Source: Nitrospinaceae bacterium (GTDB lineage: Bacteria; UBA8248). From it: a DNA stretch of 64,000 bases. The notes below the pieces were generated by a model. It was not told where the DNA came from and ran no database searches. It saw nothing but the letters and a program-made list of their open reading frames with translations. This document shows positions 47,553 through 57,726 of the stretch, piece by piece. Each line of letters opens with the position of its first letter. The stretch's first letter is position 1. Location: contig JABJAL010000034.1 of assembly GCA_018669005.1 (NCBI GenBank), positions 2,298 through 66,297 of the forward strand, in the 5' to 3' direction. The position numbers were made by a program, and so were the translations under genes.

Positions 47553-48833
47553 TCATGGAAGACGGCGGAGCGCTTTGGCGCCGATGTCTTTCCGGTAATA
47601 CGCATCGTCCCAATGAATCAGCCCGGCGGCCTCGTAGGCTCGCCCGAGCGCGGTTTTGATGTCGGGGCCTCGCGCCGTGATGCCGAGAACGCGCCCCCCA
47701 GATGTGGCGGCCTGGCCCTGCTCATCTTCCGAGGTTCCGGCGTGAAAAACATACGCGCCCCCGATGGCATTGGCCTCATTAAGCCCGCTAATCACGTCGC
47801 CCTTTCGATAGTCGCCCGGATAGCCCCCCGCAGCCATGACGACACAAGCTGCAGGTTCCACCGAGAACGAGACCACAGCATTGGCCAGGTTGCCCGTCGC
47901 ACAGGCGATAAGAACGGGCAATAGATCCGAGTCCATCCGCATTAAAAGCGGTTGGCACTCCGGGTCCCCGAAGCGGCAATTGAACTCCAGGACTTTAAAA
48001 TCTCCGTCCTTGATCATTAGCCCGGCATAGAGAATCCCCTTATAGGGTGTGCCAAGCTTGGCCAGTGCGCGCACCGTGGGTTCGATAACCTCGCGCATCG
48101 CGCGCGCCTCTAACTCGGGCGTCATTACCGGGGCAGGCGAATAGGCTCCCATGCCGCCCGTGTTGGGGCCGGTATCGCCCTCGCCTATGGGTTTGTGGTC
48201 CTGGGCCGAGGGCATGAGTACGGCAGTCTCGCCGTCCACAAAGGCAAGCAGGCTCGCTTCCTCGCCTTCGAGAAACTCCTCTACTACACATCGCTCGCCC
48301 GCCTCGCCGAAGGCGCGATTTTCCATGATCTCGGATATGGCGAGCTCGGCCGAGGCCGGATCCGGGCAGATGAGCACCCCCTTGCCAGCCGCAAGACCAT
48401 CCGCCTTAACGGCCCATCCGCCGCCGCGCTGTCTCACAAAGCTTTTCGCCTCATCAGGATTTTCGAACACCCCGAACGCGGCTGTCGGAATGCCCGCCTC
48501 CTGCATCAACTCTTTTGAAAATGCTTTGCTCGCCTCAAGGCGTGCGGCGCCCTTTTTGGGGCCAAAGGCTGTGATGCCTTCAGCCTCAAGCCGGTCGGCG
48601 AGTCCCATTGCCAAAGGGGCCTCGGGCCCGATGACGACAAGACCGGCCCCCTCGGCTTTTGCGAGTGTGACGATGCCCTCGATGTCCTCGGCACTGGTGG
48701 GCACATTGCGGCCAATTGTGGCCGTTCCCGCATTGCCGGGCGCGCAGATAATTTCCTCGGCCTCCGGGCTCTGGGCCAGTTTCCAGGCCAGCGCATGCTC
48801 GCGTCCGCCTCCGCCGACAATAATGACTTTCAT
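47553..48833 (-). CDS. purD: phosphoribosylamine--glycine ligase
   Basis: MKVIIVGGGGREHALAWKL N-terminus and ATP-grasp body. Confidence 0.9.
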   Translation of the reverse strand: MKVIIVGGGGREHALAWKLAQSPEAEEIICAPGNAGTATIGRNVPTSAEDIEGIVTLAKAEGAGLVVIGPEAPLAMGLADRLEAEGITAFGPKKGAARLEASKAFSKELMQEAGIPTAAFGVFENPDEAKSFVRQRGGGWAVKADGLAAGKGVLICPDPASAELAISEIMENRAFGEAGERCVVEEFLEGEEASLLAFVDGETAVLMPSAQDHKPIGEGDTGPNTGGMGAYSPAPVMTPELEARAMREVIEPTVRALAKLGTPYKGILYAGLMIKDGDFKVLEFNCRFGDPECQPLLMRMDSDLLPVLIACATGNLANAVVSFSVEPAACVVMAAGGYPGDYRKGDVISGLNEANAIGGAYVFHAGTSEDEQGQAATSGGRVLGITARGPDIKTALGRAYEAAGLIHWDDAYYRKDIGAKALRRLP

Positions 48834-48946
48834 CAGATGCTCCTAAGCCTGAATGATTCAGCGTGGTGTGATTTTAGGTAAGAGAAGATTGCACCCGAGG
48901 CGGCGGGGCGTCAATCCGCATGGATAAATGTTTACTTGAACAATTC

Positions 48947-48981
48947 ACCAAAAAGAAAACCCCCGTAGAGTCGCGGGGGTC
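48947..48981 (-). terminator. rho-independent terminator after rsmE
   Basis: On the minus strand, a cccccgcgactctacggggg hairpin is followed by ttttctttttgg. Confidence 0.6.
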
Positions 48982-49064
48982 TTACTTCAAGTCCCCGGCT
49001 TATACGGGCCGGGGCGCACGCCTGTTGGAATGATTATCCGGGTAAGTGCACCTGGCTGTCAAAA

Positions 49065-49838
49065 TCAGGCCATGTCACCGAGAGCGGCCTGAAGCATCGT
49101 GACCAGCACGACGGGTGCGGTGTCGGCCCTCAATACGCGGGGGCCCATGTCCACCGGGATAAAGCCTGCCGCGCATGCCGCCTCGACTTCCTCGGGCGTG
49201 AGGTCGCCCTCGGGACCAAGGATGAGGGCGGCGCTTATTTGGGCATCCTCCTTTTTCGTTGCCCTGGTCTCGGCGATGACCTCCGTGGCCATGAGGCGAC
49301 CCTCTCCGAGCCAGGCGATGAGCTTAAGGTCCGCGTCCTTGGTATTAGAGAGAAAATCATCCAGCGGTGCGGGGCCCAATACCAGGGGCGGGGGTATGCG
49401 CCCGCACTGCTTGGCTGCCTCGCGGGCGATGCGCTCCCAGCGGGTGGTGCGCGCGTCGGCTTTGTTTGCGGGGATTTTCACTTCACACCGAGAAAGCGCG
49501 AGCGGGCGAAAGGCGGTCACGCCAAGCTCGGTGGTTTTCTCAAGAGCCCACTCAAATCGCTCGCCCTTGATGAGCGGCAGACCCAGAGTGACTAAAAGTG
49601 GCGGGGGAGGGCGCCTACCAAGCCGCTCGATGATTTTTGCGCTTACCTCTTTAGGTGAAACATTGGAAATCTCAGCAATGAATTCATCGCCCGCCTCGGT
49701 GGCGAGGCGGCACTGCTCGCCCGGTTTCATGCGGAGCGCTCGCACGAGATGGGCGGCTTCATCACCTGTTATCAGCGCCTCATCGCCTGTGATTTGCGAT
49801 GCCTCGGTATAAAAAAGACGGAGCCGATCGGCACTCAT
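49065..49838 (-). CDS. rsmE: 16S rRNA (uracil1498-N3)-methyltransferase
   Basis: RLFY...GDE..HL N-terminal PUA-like domain and SPOUT C-terminal domain (ILGPEGD). Confidence 0.8.
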   Translation of the reverse strand: MSADRLRLFYTEASQITGDEALITGDEAAHLVRALRMKPGEQCRLATEAGDEFIAEISNVSPKEVSAKIIERLGRRPPPPLLVTLGLPLIKGERFEWALEKTTELGVTAFRPLALSRCEVKIPANKADARTTRWERIAREAAKQCGRIPPPLVLGPAPLDDFLSNTKDADLKLIAWLGEGRLMATEVIAETRATKKEDAQISAALILGPEGDLTPEEVEAACAAGFIPVDMGPRVLRADTAPVVLVTMLQAALGDMA

Positions 49839-50710
49839 GGTTTTTCAATCTCGACCGCAGCCCATTCGTCATGATATTTTTTGCCGCTTACGGTGAGTCC
49901 CGCCGCCTCGACAATTTCGGCCAGGGCGTCTGCCTGCTCATAGCCGATGCCGCTCAAGATGCCTCGGCCCCCCGAGGCCAGCACTCCAAACATCAATGGC
50001 GCAAGCTCTCTTAAAGGGTTGAGAAAAATGTTCGCGGCGAGCATGTCCACCCGCCCCCACCAATCGCCTGCAGTAGTAGGTTCAAGCGTTCCGGTGAGTA
50101 TCCGCATGTGGCCTGTAAGATCATTTTCTTTTGCGAGCTTGAGGGCGGTGTCCGCTGCTTCCGGATCGAGATCGAGCGCTAGGGCCTGGCCTGCCCCGAG
50201 TTTAAGGGCCGCCGCGCTGAGGATTCCCGAGCCGCAGCCAATGTCGAGAAATCGTTCAGGCGCCCCGGCGGCGCACATTCGATCAATGGCCTCGAGGCAC
50301 AGCGTTGTCGAGGGGTGGCGTCCGGTTCCGAAGGCGAGCGAGGGCTCAAGGATAATTTCCTGGCGGCCCTCGGGCGCGCCGGGCGCATCCCAGGGCGGGC
50401 GCACCCAGAGGCGCTCCCCGTAGGGCCGGGCCGTGAAACTTTCACGTGAGCGGGTAACCCAATCGACTTCCTCGATGTTGCGCACGGCAATGGCGCTAGG
50501 TGGGATTCCGATATCGGCGAGCGCGGCCTCTGAGGCCCGCAGTTTTTGGGTTGCCCCTGCCTCAAGGAGAAAATGGGTGATCAACAGACAGACGCCGGGC
50601 TGCGTGTCCCGTGTCTCAACTGCGGAGGCCCCCGCTTCAATCAAACGGGCCGAGGCTTCCTCGGCGAGCTCTCCGGATACCTGGGCGAGAAGCTCCATCC
50701 ATGCGGGCAT
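49835..50710 (-). CDS. prmA: ribosomal protein L11 methyltransferase
   Basis: LDIGCGSGILSAAALKLGA SAM motif and PrmA N-terminal domain. Confidence 0.85.
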   Translation of the reverse strand: MPAWMELLAQVSGELAEEASARLIEAGASAVETRDTQPGVCLLITHFLLEAGATQKLRASEAALADIGIPPSAIAVRNIEEVDWVTRSRESFTARPYGERLWVRPPWDAPGAPEGRQEIILEPSLAFGTGRHPSTTLCLEAIDRMCAAGAPERFLDIGCGSGILSAAALKLGAGQALALDLDPEAADTALKLAKENDLTGHMRILTGTLEPTTAGDWWGRVDMLAANIFLNPLRELAPLMFGVLASGGRGILSGIGYEQADALAEIVEAAGLTVSGKKYHDEWAAVEIEKP

Positions 50711-50999
50711 CAGGGGTCTTCCTTTAGGTGATAGCTGCCCGAAGGGCTAGCCTTTGAGCGGTAATATGACTTCGGCCGAGCCGGAGCTTGCCGCTTCGTC
50801 GAATTGATTGGTCCCGGTGAACTCAATGGAGATCGAGCTGCCCTCGCCTTTGCCAGTGACCTTGCCGGTCAGCTCGCGTGATTGGATACGAATTCCTCGA
50901 TTCTTGCCTCGGCATCGCTTGTCATTGGATTTTCTCCTTCAGATGAAGAATAAAGACTACAGATTAGAGCACTTTAAGTGGGGCGCTTCGATTCGGCAA

Positions 51000-52106
51000 T
51001 CAGCGCAGGAAGGCCTTTACTTTGTCGAGAAGGCGCTTGGCGAGCGGGTGGGTCGAGGCGGTGGAGAAGCGCTGGAACTCCCTTAGGAGCTCCCGTAGTT
51101 TTTTGTTGAGGCGAATGGGGGTCTCGACGGTGACGGTGACGAGCTGGTCGCCTGTGGTGCGCCCGCCCGCCGGGGAGAGTCCCTTTTCTTTGAGGCGAAA
51201 TATCTGACCTGTCTGGGTGCCAGCCGGTATGCGAACCTTCACCTGGCCCTCGAGGGTGGGGACGAGTATTTCATCACCCAGTGCCGCCTGGGTGAATGTG
51301 ATGGGCTGGTTGAAGAGGATATCGTTCCCCGTGCGCCCAAATATTTTGTGGGATTTTATCCGCACAGTGACGAGGAGATCGCCTGCCTCGTCTTCGCCTT
51401 CATCTCCCTTGCCGCGAACCCTGAGCTGGGTGCCTTCCTCCACGGCGGCGGGCACCTTTACGCGAATGCGCTCTCGCTCTCGCCTGCGACCTGCACCCCT
51501 GCAGGCGGCGCATTTCTCTCGGATGTGGACGCCCTCGCCCATACAGGTTGAGCAGGGAATCGAAACCTCGGCCAGCCCTTGCTTGAAGCGTACCTCGCCA
51601 GAGCCCCGGCAGTGGATGCATTCGGAGGGCTGGGCACCGGGGTCCACCCCTTTGCCCTGGCAGCTTTGGCACACAACTCGTCGATGCACTTCGATTTCCC
51701 TCCCCACGCCCGTTGCCGCCTCCTCGAGCGAAATCTCTAGTCGCGCTTGAAGATCGCCGCCGGGTGCTCGGAGGGGCGCGGCTTCCTTGCGTGGGTCTTC
51801 TCCGTCTCGCCGGGATTTGAAAATACGGGAGAAGAATTCTTCCCATTCGGGGCCGTAATCTCCTTGTTTGCCGCCGGTTCGCGATCCTCTTGGGGCTGAA
51901 TCGTGTGAGGCCCTCTTTTTGGGGTCCTTGAGGGTTTCGTAGGCGATGACAATCTCTTTGAAGCGGGTCTCGGCGTTTTTATCGTCCGGGTTTCGATCAG
52001 GGTGGTAGTCAAGCGCGAGTTTGCGGTAGGCCTTTTTGATTTCGGTGGCGCCGGCTCCCCGGGGAACACCTAGGACTTCATAGGCGTCTCGGGCCATTTG
52101 TGGCAC
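51000..52106 (-). CDS. dnaJ: molecular chaperone DnaJ
   Basis: J domain with HPD, G-rich linker, four CxxCxGxG zinc-finger repeats, and C-terminal domains. Confidence 0.9.
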   Translation of the reverse strand: MPQMARDAYEVLGVPRGAGATEIKKAYRKLALDYHPDRNPDDKNAETRFKEIVIAYETLKDPKKRASHDSAPRGSRTGGKQGDYGPEWEEFFSRIFKSRRDGEDPRKEAAPLRAPGGDLQARLEISLEEAATGVGREIEVHRRVVCQSCQGKGVDPGAQPSECIHCRGSGEVRFKQGLAEVSIPCSTCMGEGVHIREKCAACRGAGRRRERERIRVKVPAAVEEGTQLRVRGKGDEGEDEAGDLLVTVRIKSHKIFGRTGNDILFNQPITFTQAALGDEILVPTLEGQVKVRIPAGTQTGQIFRLKEKGLSPAGGRTTGDQLVTVTVETPIRLNKKLRELLREFQRFSTASTHPLAKRLLDKVKAFLR

Positions 52107-52149
52107 GCCTCCGAATTTTGGGGGATTGATGAAAGAAAGGGAGCAGTCG

Positions 52150-53220
52150 CTACTTCGTCTCGGGCCTGTAGTCGCTGCTCGAAATATGGCGGCTCACGGC
52201 GTCGGCCGTCCACTCGACGAGGGAGACCACGCGGTCATAGTGCATCCGCTTGGGGCCGATGATGCCGATTGTGCCCAGCGGCCTGTCGTCGATGGAGTAG
52301 GAGCGCGCCACGACGCTGCATTCGTTCATGCCGTCGATATCGTTTTCGGCGCCTATGAAGACGGTGATGTCCTGGGAGTTGAGGCAACCGTCGAGCAGAC
52401 GAATGAGCCGGCCCTTATCCTCAAAAGCCTGGTAGAGGTTCTGTAGCTTGTCGAAATCATCGGCAAAGTCGGGCTGGGTGAAAACGCGCGATGCACCTTC
52501 GACGAAAAGCGCCTCGCCCCCCTCTTCCTCGTCATCGAGGAAGGTTCTGCGGCTGAGCTCCTCGGCCTGTTTATAGAGCCGGTCAAGATTGTCGCGCTCC
52601 TCGCCCATCCTTTTCAAAACGCGGACGCGAACCTCGCGGAGGGAGAGGCCGCCGAACTCCTCGTTCAGGTAGCTCGAAATGCGGTTGAGTTCCTCTTGCT
52701 CAAGATCCTCCCCGGCGGGGACGACGCGGTTCTGGATGACGCCGCTCTCCGAGACGATGACGACGAGGAGGTTTTCGCTGGACATGCGGATAAACTGAAT
52801 AGTCTGGAAGATGAGCTGATCGCGCCCCGGGAGGACGACGATGCCCGCTTGGTTTGTAAGTTCGGAGAGTATTCGTGAGGCCTGGGTGACGACCTGCTCG
52901 ACCTGGGCCATGCGGCGGGCGGTGCTCCCCTGAATGGACTCACGCTCCTCGGGGGTGATGTGGTGGACGTTCATCAGGGCATCGACGAAGACCCGGTAGC
53001 CCAAATCCGTGGGCAGCCTTCCGGCCGAAGCATGTGGCTTGGTGATGAATCCGGCATCCGCTAAATCGCTCATGATGTTGCGGATGGTCGCCGGGCTTAA
53101 GGAGATTGGAATCTTCTTCGAGAGGGTGCGACTGCCAACAGGCTCGCCGGTCTCAATAAACGTGTTCACAACCGTCCGGAGCACTTCTTGGGTTCGTGCC
53201 GAGAGAGTCGTATCGGTCAT
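52150..53220 (-). CDS. hrcA: heat-inducible transcription repressor HrcA
   Basis: [23 protein letters not shown] winged-helix N-terminus. 356 aa. Confidence 0.9.
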   Translation of the reverse strand: MTDTTLSARTQEVLRTVVNTFIETGEPVGSRTLSKKIPISLSPATIRNIMSDLADAGFITKPHASAGRLPTDLGYRVFVDALMNVHHITPEERESIQGSTARRMAQVEQVVTQASRILSELTNQAGIVVLPGRDQLIFQTIQFIRMSSENLLVVIVSESGVIQNRVVPAGEDLEQEELNRISSYLNEEFGGLSLREVRVRVLKRMGEERDNLDRLYKQAEELSRRTFLDDEEEGGEALFVEGASRVFTQPDFADDFDKLQNLYQAFEDKGRLIRLLDGCLNSQDITVFIGAENDIDGMNECSVVARSYSIDDRPLGTIGIIGPKRMHYDRVVSLVEWTADAVSRHISSSDYRPETK

Positions 53221-53257
53221 GATTTTTCGAGTCCCATGGCAGGGCGAACAAGTATGG

Positions 53258-53284
53258 TTAGCACTCTTGTAGGTGGAGTGCTAA
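53258..53284. promoter_or_regulatory. CIRCE operator (HrcA binding site)
   Basis: TTAGCACTC-ttgtaggtg-GAGTGCTAA, a perfect 9-bp inverted repeat with N9 spacer, 38 bp upstream of hrcA. Confidence 0.9.
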
Positions 53285-53452
53285 CCTTATTAATGGAGCT
53301 TAAACAGGGGGGGAGAGGCTGTCAAGAAATTTTGTTTCATGCAATTTCCCCTTTGCACTATATGTTAGTTCTATGCACCCCTTCTATATTCTGAAATTTT
53401 CTTCATAAACTTTTGAATATGATATCATTAATCGTTTTGTAGGGTATGTCAG

Positions 53453-55594
53453 ATGGTGGAAAGAGCGATGGCCGCGCAAAATGTAACCAAAGAGCCCGTT
53501 AATGGCGAGAACTCCGGTATTCAAGAATCCCGCCGGGTGAACCGCCGATTCCAGTATTTCGTTGTCCTGGGCGTGACGGCGGTGTTGATCGTTTTAATTA
53601 CCATCTCACTCAAAATCCATTCCGGTGCCACAAGAGATATCGAATACCAGTTCAACCGCCAGCAGCTTCTGATCGCCGATCAGGCTAGCGGTAGAATAGC
53701 CTCTTTTCTAGATGAGCTTTCCGCAAGTCTTAGGTATAGCGCTCGGTTTCTCAGAACGGTTGGTCCTGATCATCCAGGGCGGATGAGTTCCATCGCGGGT
53801 CTGTTCGAGCGCCTCGGGGGGCGGCTCCGCGTCAGCGAGGTCGGCTATCTGAGTGAAAATTCAGGCTCCCTCGATCTGACGAACCAAGAGTATGCTGCCC
53901 TCCTGTCGCAATGTTCCTCGCGTGTCCGATTTTGTTTCCTGATTGTCCGAAAGAACGGCAAGCCGAAATATATCTTTGACGCCGCCCCGGTCGGGGGTGG
54001 AGACTGGCTTTACGTCAAGGTGACGCTTGATGATCTGGGCACCTCTTTTGTCGATCCTGTTCAGTCGGGATTGAAAGGCCGTGCCTGGCTTTTAGATGCC
54101 TCTGGACGAATTCTCTTCGCGCCCGGTTTCCGGATGTTTGAGGGAAAACGAATCGGAGATATTGCCGAGCGCCTCGGGGATGAGCGTCTCAAGCGAATTG
54201 CGGTCCAGATGCGCCAGGGAGGTCGCGGTTTTGAGTGGCATCATGATTTTCGACCGGGAAAGGTAACGCGCCGGGGCCGAACCCTAACGGCATTTTCGCC
54301 GATTCTCGTCGGGCAAGAGCAATGGACCTTGGCCGTCACGGCGTCCTCGTCCGAGGTGGGCGATCTGGTTCGGCGGGTGTTCCGAAAAAGTTTTATTCTG
54401 ACCAGCTTTGGTTTTGTTGTGATAGTTGTGGCCGCCCTGCTCCTCCTTGATCGCGAGCGTCGCCGCATCCGGATGGAGAATCGTCTCCATTGGTCGGGCC
54501 AGGTTCTTGAGAGCAAAACGCGCCTTCAGGCCCTTTTCGATGGTATTACTGACAGCATCTGTATCCTGGATAAGAATTTTAAGATCCTCACGGTGAATCG
54601 GGAGATGAGCCGTTTTCTTGGCTGTGAGATCGCCGATTTGCTATATCGCACTTGGAGCGGGGAGGGGGATGGGGTTTTTCCTGAAGGCCTGGCAGACCAC
54701 AATGTTGTTGAGCATACTTTTGAGAGTGGTCAGCGAGGATTTGCCGATCGCTCTGTCCTGATGCCCGATGGGAAAAGGCGAGACATAGAGCTTTATAGCT
54801 ACCCGATTTTTAGTAGCGAGGGGCCGGTCAGGCAGGTCATTCTCTACATCAAGGACGTGACTGAGCGGCGTGAGCTGGAGCAGCAACTTCTTCAGCAAGA
54901 GCGGCTCTCCATCGTGGGCAAGATGAGCGCCCAGGTTGCCCATGAGATACGCAATCCACTTTCCGCCATTAATTTGAATTCCGAGTTGCTCGGAGATGAA
55001 TTGGGCGCTTTCGACGATGAGAAGACCTCCGAGGCGTGGGCTCTTCTCCGCTCGATTCGGCACGAAGTGGATATTCTTCGGCAGGTGACGGATGATTATC
55101 TCAAGTTCGTACGGATGCCGCGCTCGGAGCGGCGGGTAGGATTCATCAACGATGTGTTCGATGAACTTTTGAGTTTTTACAGCGAGGAGGCGTCGAGCCG
55201 AAAGATACGAATTGAGCGGGAGCTGTCCCTCGATGCGCCAGAGGTTGAATTCGACGAGACGCAGATTCGCCTGGCGCTTCAAAATCTCATTCTCAACGCC
55301 TTTGACGCCATGCCCAATGGCGGCAGGCTTACGGTTCGCACCCGCCCAGGCCCAGAGGGTGGTGTGGGTATCGATGTCGAGGACGAAGGGGTGGGAATCC
55401 CCGCCGGGGAGCAGGCGTTTTTGTTCACCCCGTTTTTTACGACAAAGGCGAGTGGTACTGGGCTCGGTCTTGTTTTGACGCAGCAGATTCTGACCGAGCA
55501 TCGGGCCTCCATCCGCTTTTCAAGCCAGGAGGGAGCGGGGACCACTTTCCATATTGAATTTCCGGCGGTGGCGCCGGTGGAGACTAAGGCATGA
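53453..55594 (+). CDS. sensor histidine kinase (TM, periplasmic sensor, PAS, HisKA, HATPase_c)
   Basis: Two TM segments flank a ~260-aa sensor. PAS region (LFDGITDSICILD). H-box (VAHEIRNPL). N, G1 and G2 boxes. Confidence 0.85.
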   Translation: MVERAMAAQNVTKEPVNGENSGIQESRRVNRRFQYFVVLGVTAVLIVLITISLKIHSGATRDIEYQFNRQQLLIADQASGRIASFLDELSASLRYSARFLRTVGPDHPGRMSSIAGLFERLGGRLRVSEVGYLSENSGSLDLTNQEYAALLSQCSSRVRFCFLIVRKNGKPKYIFDAAPVGGGDWLYVKVTLDDLGTSFVDPVQSGLKGRAWLLDASGRILFAPGFRMFEGKRIGDIAERLGDERLKRIAVQMRQGGRGFEWHHDFRPGKVTRRGRTLTAFSPILVGQEQWTLAVTASSSEVGDLVRRVFRKSFILTSFGFVVIVVAALLLLDRERRRIRMENRLHWSGQVLESKTRLQALFDGITDSICILDKNFKILTVNREMSRFLGCEIADLLYRTWSGEGDGVFPEGLADHNVVEHTFESGQRGFADRSVLMPDGKRRDIELYSYPIFSSEGPVRQVILYIKDVTERRELEQQLLQQERLSIVGKMSAQVAHEIRNPLSAINLNSELLGDELGAFDDEKTSEAWALLRSIRHEVDILRQVTDDYLKFVRMPRSERRVGFINDVFDELLSFYSEEASSRKIRIERELSLDAPEVEFDETQIRLALQNLILNAFDAMPNGGRLTVRTRPGPEGGVGIDVEDEGVGIPAGEQAFLFTPFFTTKASGTGLGLVLTQQILTEHRASIRFSSQEGAGTTFHIEFPAVAPVETKA

Positions 55595-56985
55595 GGTCTA
55601 ACAGCGAAATTCAGGTCATGGTTGTTGATGACAAGCGCGGTAGCCGCGAGGCGCTCGAGAAGATGATCGCCAAGGAGGACTACCGCGTTTCCTTTGCTCA
55701 TGATGCCGAAACGGCCCTTGAGATTTTCGAAACCGAGCCCGCACATCTGGTCATAACGGATCTCAAGATGCCTGGTATGGATGGGATATCGCTCCTCAAG
55801 GAGTTGAAGCGTAAAAGCCCCGAGACAGAGGTGATTCTTATCTCGGGGCACGGCACCGTCGAGACCGCTGTTGAGGCCATGCGCGAGGGTGCCTACGATT
55901 TCATCACCAAGCCGCTTGAGCGTGTTGTTGTTCTGAAGGCGATTTCCAAGGCGCGCGAAAAGCAAGACCTTATCCGGGAGAACGCAGATCTTCGCGCGAA
56001 GCTTCAAAATCTGACTGACTCGCACGGCATCATTGGCAATAGCGCGGCCATTCACGAGGTTAAGGAATTAATTCGGCAGGTGGCGCCGACCTCGGCCAAT
56101 GTTCTCATTCTCGGGGAAAGCGGCACAGGTAAAGAGCTTGTAGCCAACGCCATTCACAAATCGAGCGAGCAGGTAGAGGGGCCGTTTATCAAGGTCAACT
56201 GTGCGGCCCTGCCGGAAAATCTGCTTGAGAGTGAATTGTTCGGCTACGAGCGCGGGGCGTTCACGGGCGCTGTCTCTCGAAAGGAGGGGCGCTTTTTTCT
56301 CGCAGACAAAGGGATGCTTTTTCTCGATGAAATTGGGGATATGCCGATGCCGCTTCAGGCGAAAATTCTCCGTGTACTCCAGGAGGGCGAGTTCGAGCGC
56401 CTCGGCGGCAACGAGACTATCAAGGTGGATGTTCGCATCGTTGCGGCGACGAATCAGGATCTTGCCCTGGCCATTGCCGAGCGCCGCTTTCGAGAGGACC
56501 TCTACTATCGCTTAAACGTGATCAGCATCAATTTGCCGCTGCTTCGAGATCGGCGGAGCGATATCCCGCTTCTGGTCGAACATTTCATTCAGCGTTTTTC
56601 GGCCAAGAACAACCAGCAGGTAAGCGGTTTTTCGCGTGATGCGGTTGAGGCGATGACGAACTACGATTGGCCGGGGAATATTCGCGAGCTCGAAAATACG
56701 GTGGAGCGCGCCATTGTGCTGGGCAGAAGCGAGGTGTTGACTCTCGATGATTTGCCGCCGGCAATCACCAAGGGGGGTGTGTCTGACGAAACCGAGGCGG
56801 TCGAGGCCGGTGTCCCCATCATTAGTATCCCGGTGGGAACGCCTTTGGCCGAGGTCGAGCACCGGGTAATTCTTGAAACTCTCAGAAGCACGGGGGGGGA
56901 CAAAAGCGCCGCTGCCCGCCGGCTGGGTATTGCCACCCGAACGATCTACCGCAAACTGGATCAAGCCGAGCAACTCAAGAACTGA
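55591..56985 (+). CDS. sigma-54-dependent Fis-family response regulator (NtrC-like)
   Basis: REC domain (DLKMPGMDG). AAA+ domain with GESGTGKE and GAFTGA. C-terminal Fis HTH. Confidence 0.9.
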   Translation: MRSNSEIQVMVVDDKRGSREALEKMIAKEDYRVSFAHDAETALEIFETEPAHLVITDLKMPGMDGISLLKELKRKSPETEVILISGHGTVETAVEAMREGAYDFITKPLERVVVLKAISKAREKQDLIRENADLRAKLQNLTDSHGIIGNSAAIHEVKELIRQVAPTSANVLILGESGTGKELVANAIHKSSEQVEGPFIKVNCAALPENLLESELFGYERGAFTGAVSRKEGRFFLADKGMLFLDEIGDMPMPLQAKILRVLQEGEFERLGGNETIKVDVRIVAATNQDLALAIAERRFREDLYYRLNVISINLPLLRDRRSDIPLLVEHFIQRFSAKNNQQVSGFSRDAVEAMTNYDWPGNIRELENTVERAIVLGRSEVLTLDDLPPAITKGGVSDETEAVEAGVPIISIPVGTPLAEVEHRVILETLRSTGGDKSAAARRLGIATRTIYRKLDQAEQLKN

Positions 56986-57045
56986 TTGATTATAAGAGCG
57001 GTGTGATAGGCTTTGGGCCTGAATCAAGAGCCGCTCATTTGCCCA

Positions 57046-57726
57046 ATGCACCTGAAATTTGGAGGCAGTAATTTGCCGGGCCGATTCATTACTTTCGAGG
57101 GTTCCGAGGGGGCGGGAAAATCCACCCAATTGGGCCTTTTGCATGAGTGGATGAAAAGCGTGGGCCTTGGCGTCCGGGTGACGAGAGAGCCGGGCGGCAC
57201 TGAACTCGGGGCCGGTGTAAGAGAGGTACTGCTTACTCCCCGAGATGAGGAGGTATCACCTCTCGCTGAGTTGTTGCTTTATGAGGCGGATCGGGCGCAG
57301 CACGTTAGCCGGGTGATTCGGCCGACGCTTGAGGCGGGCGATCATGTTCTTTGTGATCGGTTCTATGATTCGACGACGGCATATCAGTCTTACGGGCGCG
57401 GGCTTTCTCTGGAACTTGTTGAGGAAATGAACGTTCGTGCGACTGAAGGCTTGGTGCCCGATATGACACTTTTGCTCGAAGCTTCGCCGGAGGAGGGTCT
57501 TCGCCGCGCACGGGGCGGGGCCGAGGGAGATCGGCTTGAGGGCGAAAGCTTGGCTTTTCACGAGCGTGTTTGGCAGGGATTCATTGAAATTGCACGCCGG
57601 GAGCCTGATCGATTTCGGTTAATTCCGACGGGCACCATTGAGGAAGTGCATACCCGTATACTCGATACAGTAACGAAGGCATTCGGATGGACTGGAGATT
57701 CCTTCAAGGTCAAGACACTGCCGTAG
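57046..57726 (+). CDS. tmk: thymidylate kinase
   Basis: FITFEGSEGAGKSTQ P-loop, DRF motif, and LID region. Confidence 0.85.
   Translation: MHLKFGGSNLPGRFITFEGSEGAGKSTQLGLLHEWMKSVGLGVRVTREPGGTELGAGVREVLLTPRDEEVSPLAELLLYEADRAQHVSRVIRPTLEAGDHVLCDRFYDSTTAYQSYGRGLSLELVEEMNVRATEGLVPDMTLLLEASPEEGLRRARGGAEGDRLEGESLAFHERVWQGFIEIARREPDRFRLIPTGTIEEVHTRILDTVTKAFGWTGDSFKVKTLP

Noticed and set aside
48151-48846. 231-aa plus-strand ORF inside purD
   Set aside because: Antisense to purD. Ser/Ala/Pro-rich low-complexity translation.
49099-49812. 237-aa plus-strand ORF
   Set aside because: Antisense to rsmE. No motifs.
54641-56055. Two long minus-strand ORFs (286 and 258 aa)
   Set aside because: Antisense to the histidine kinase and sigma54 regulator, both of which have unambiguous domain motifs.
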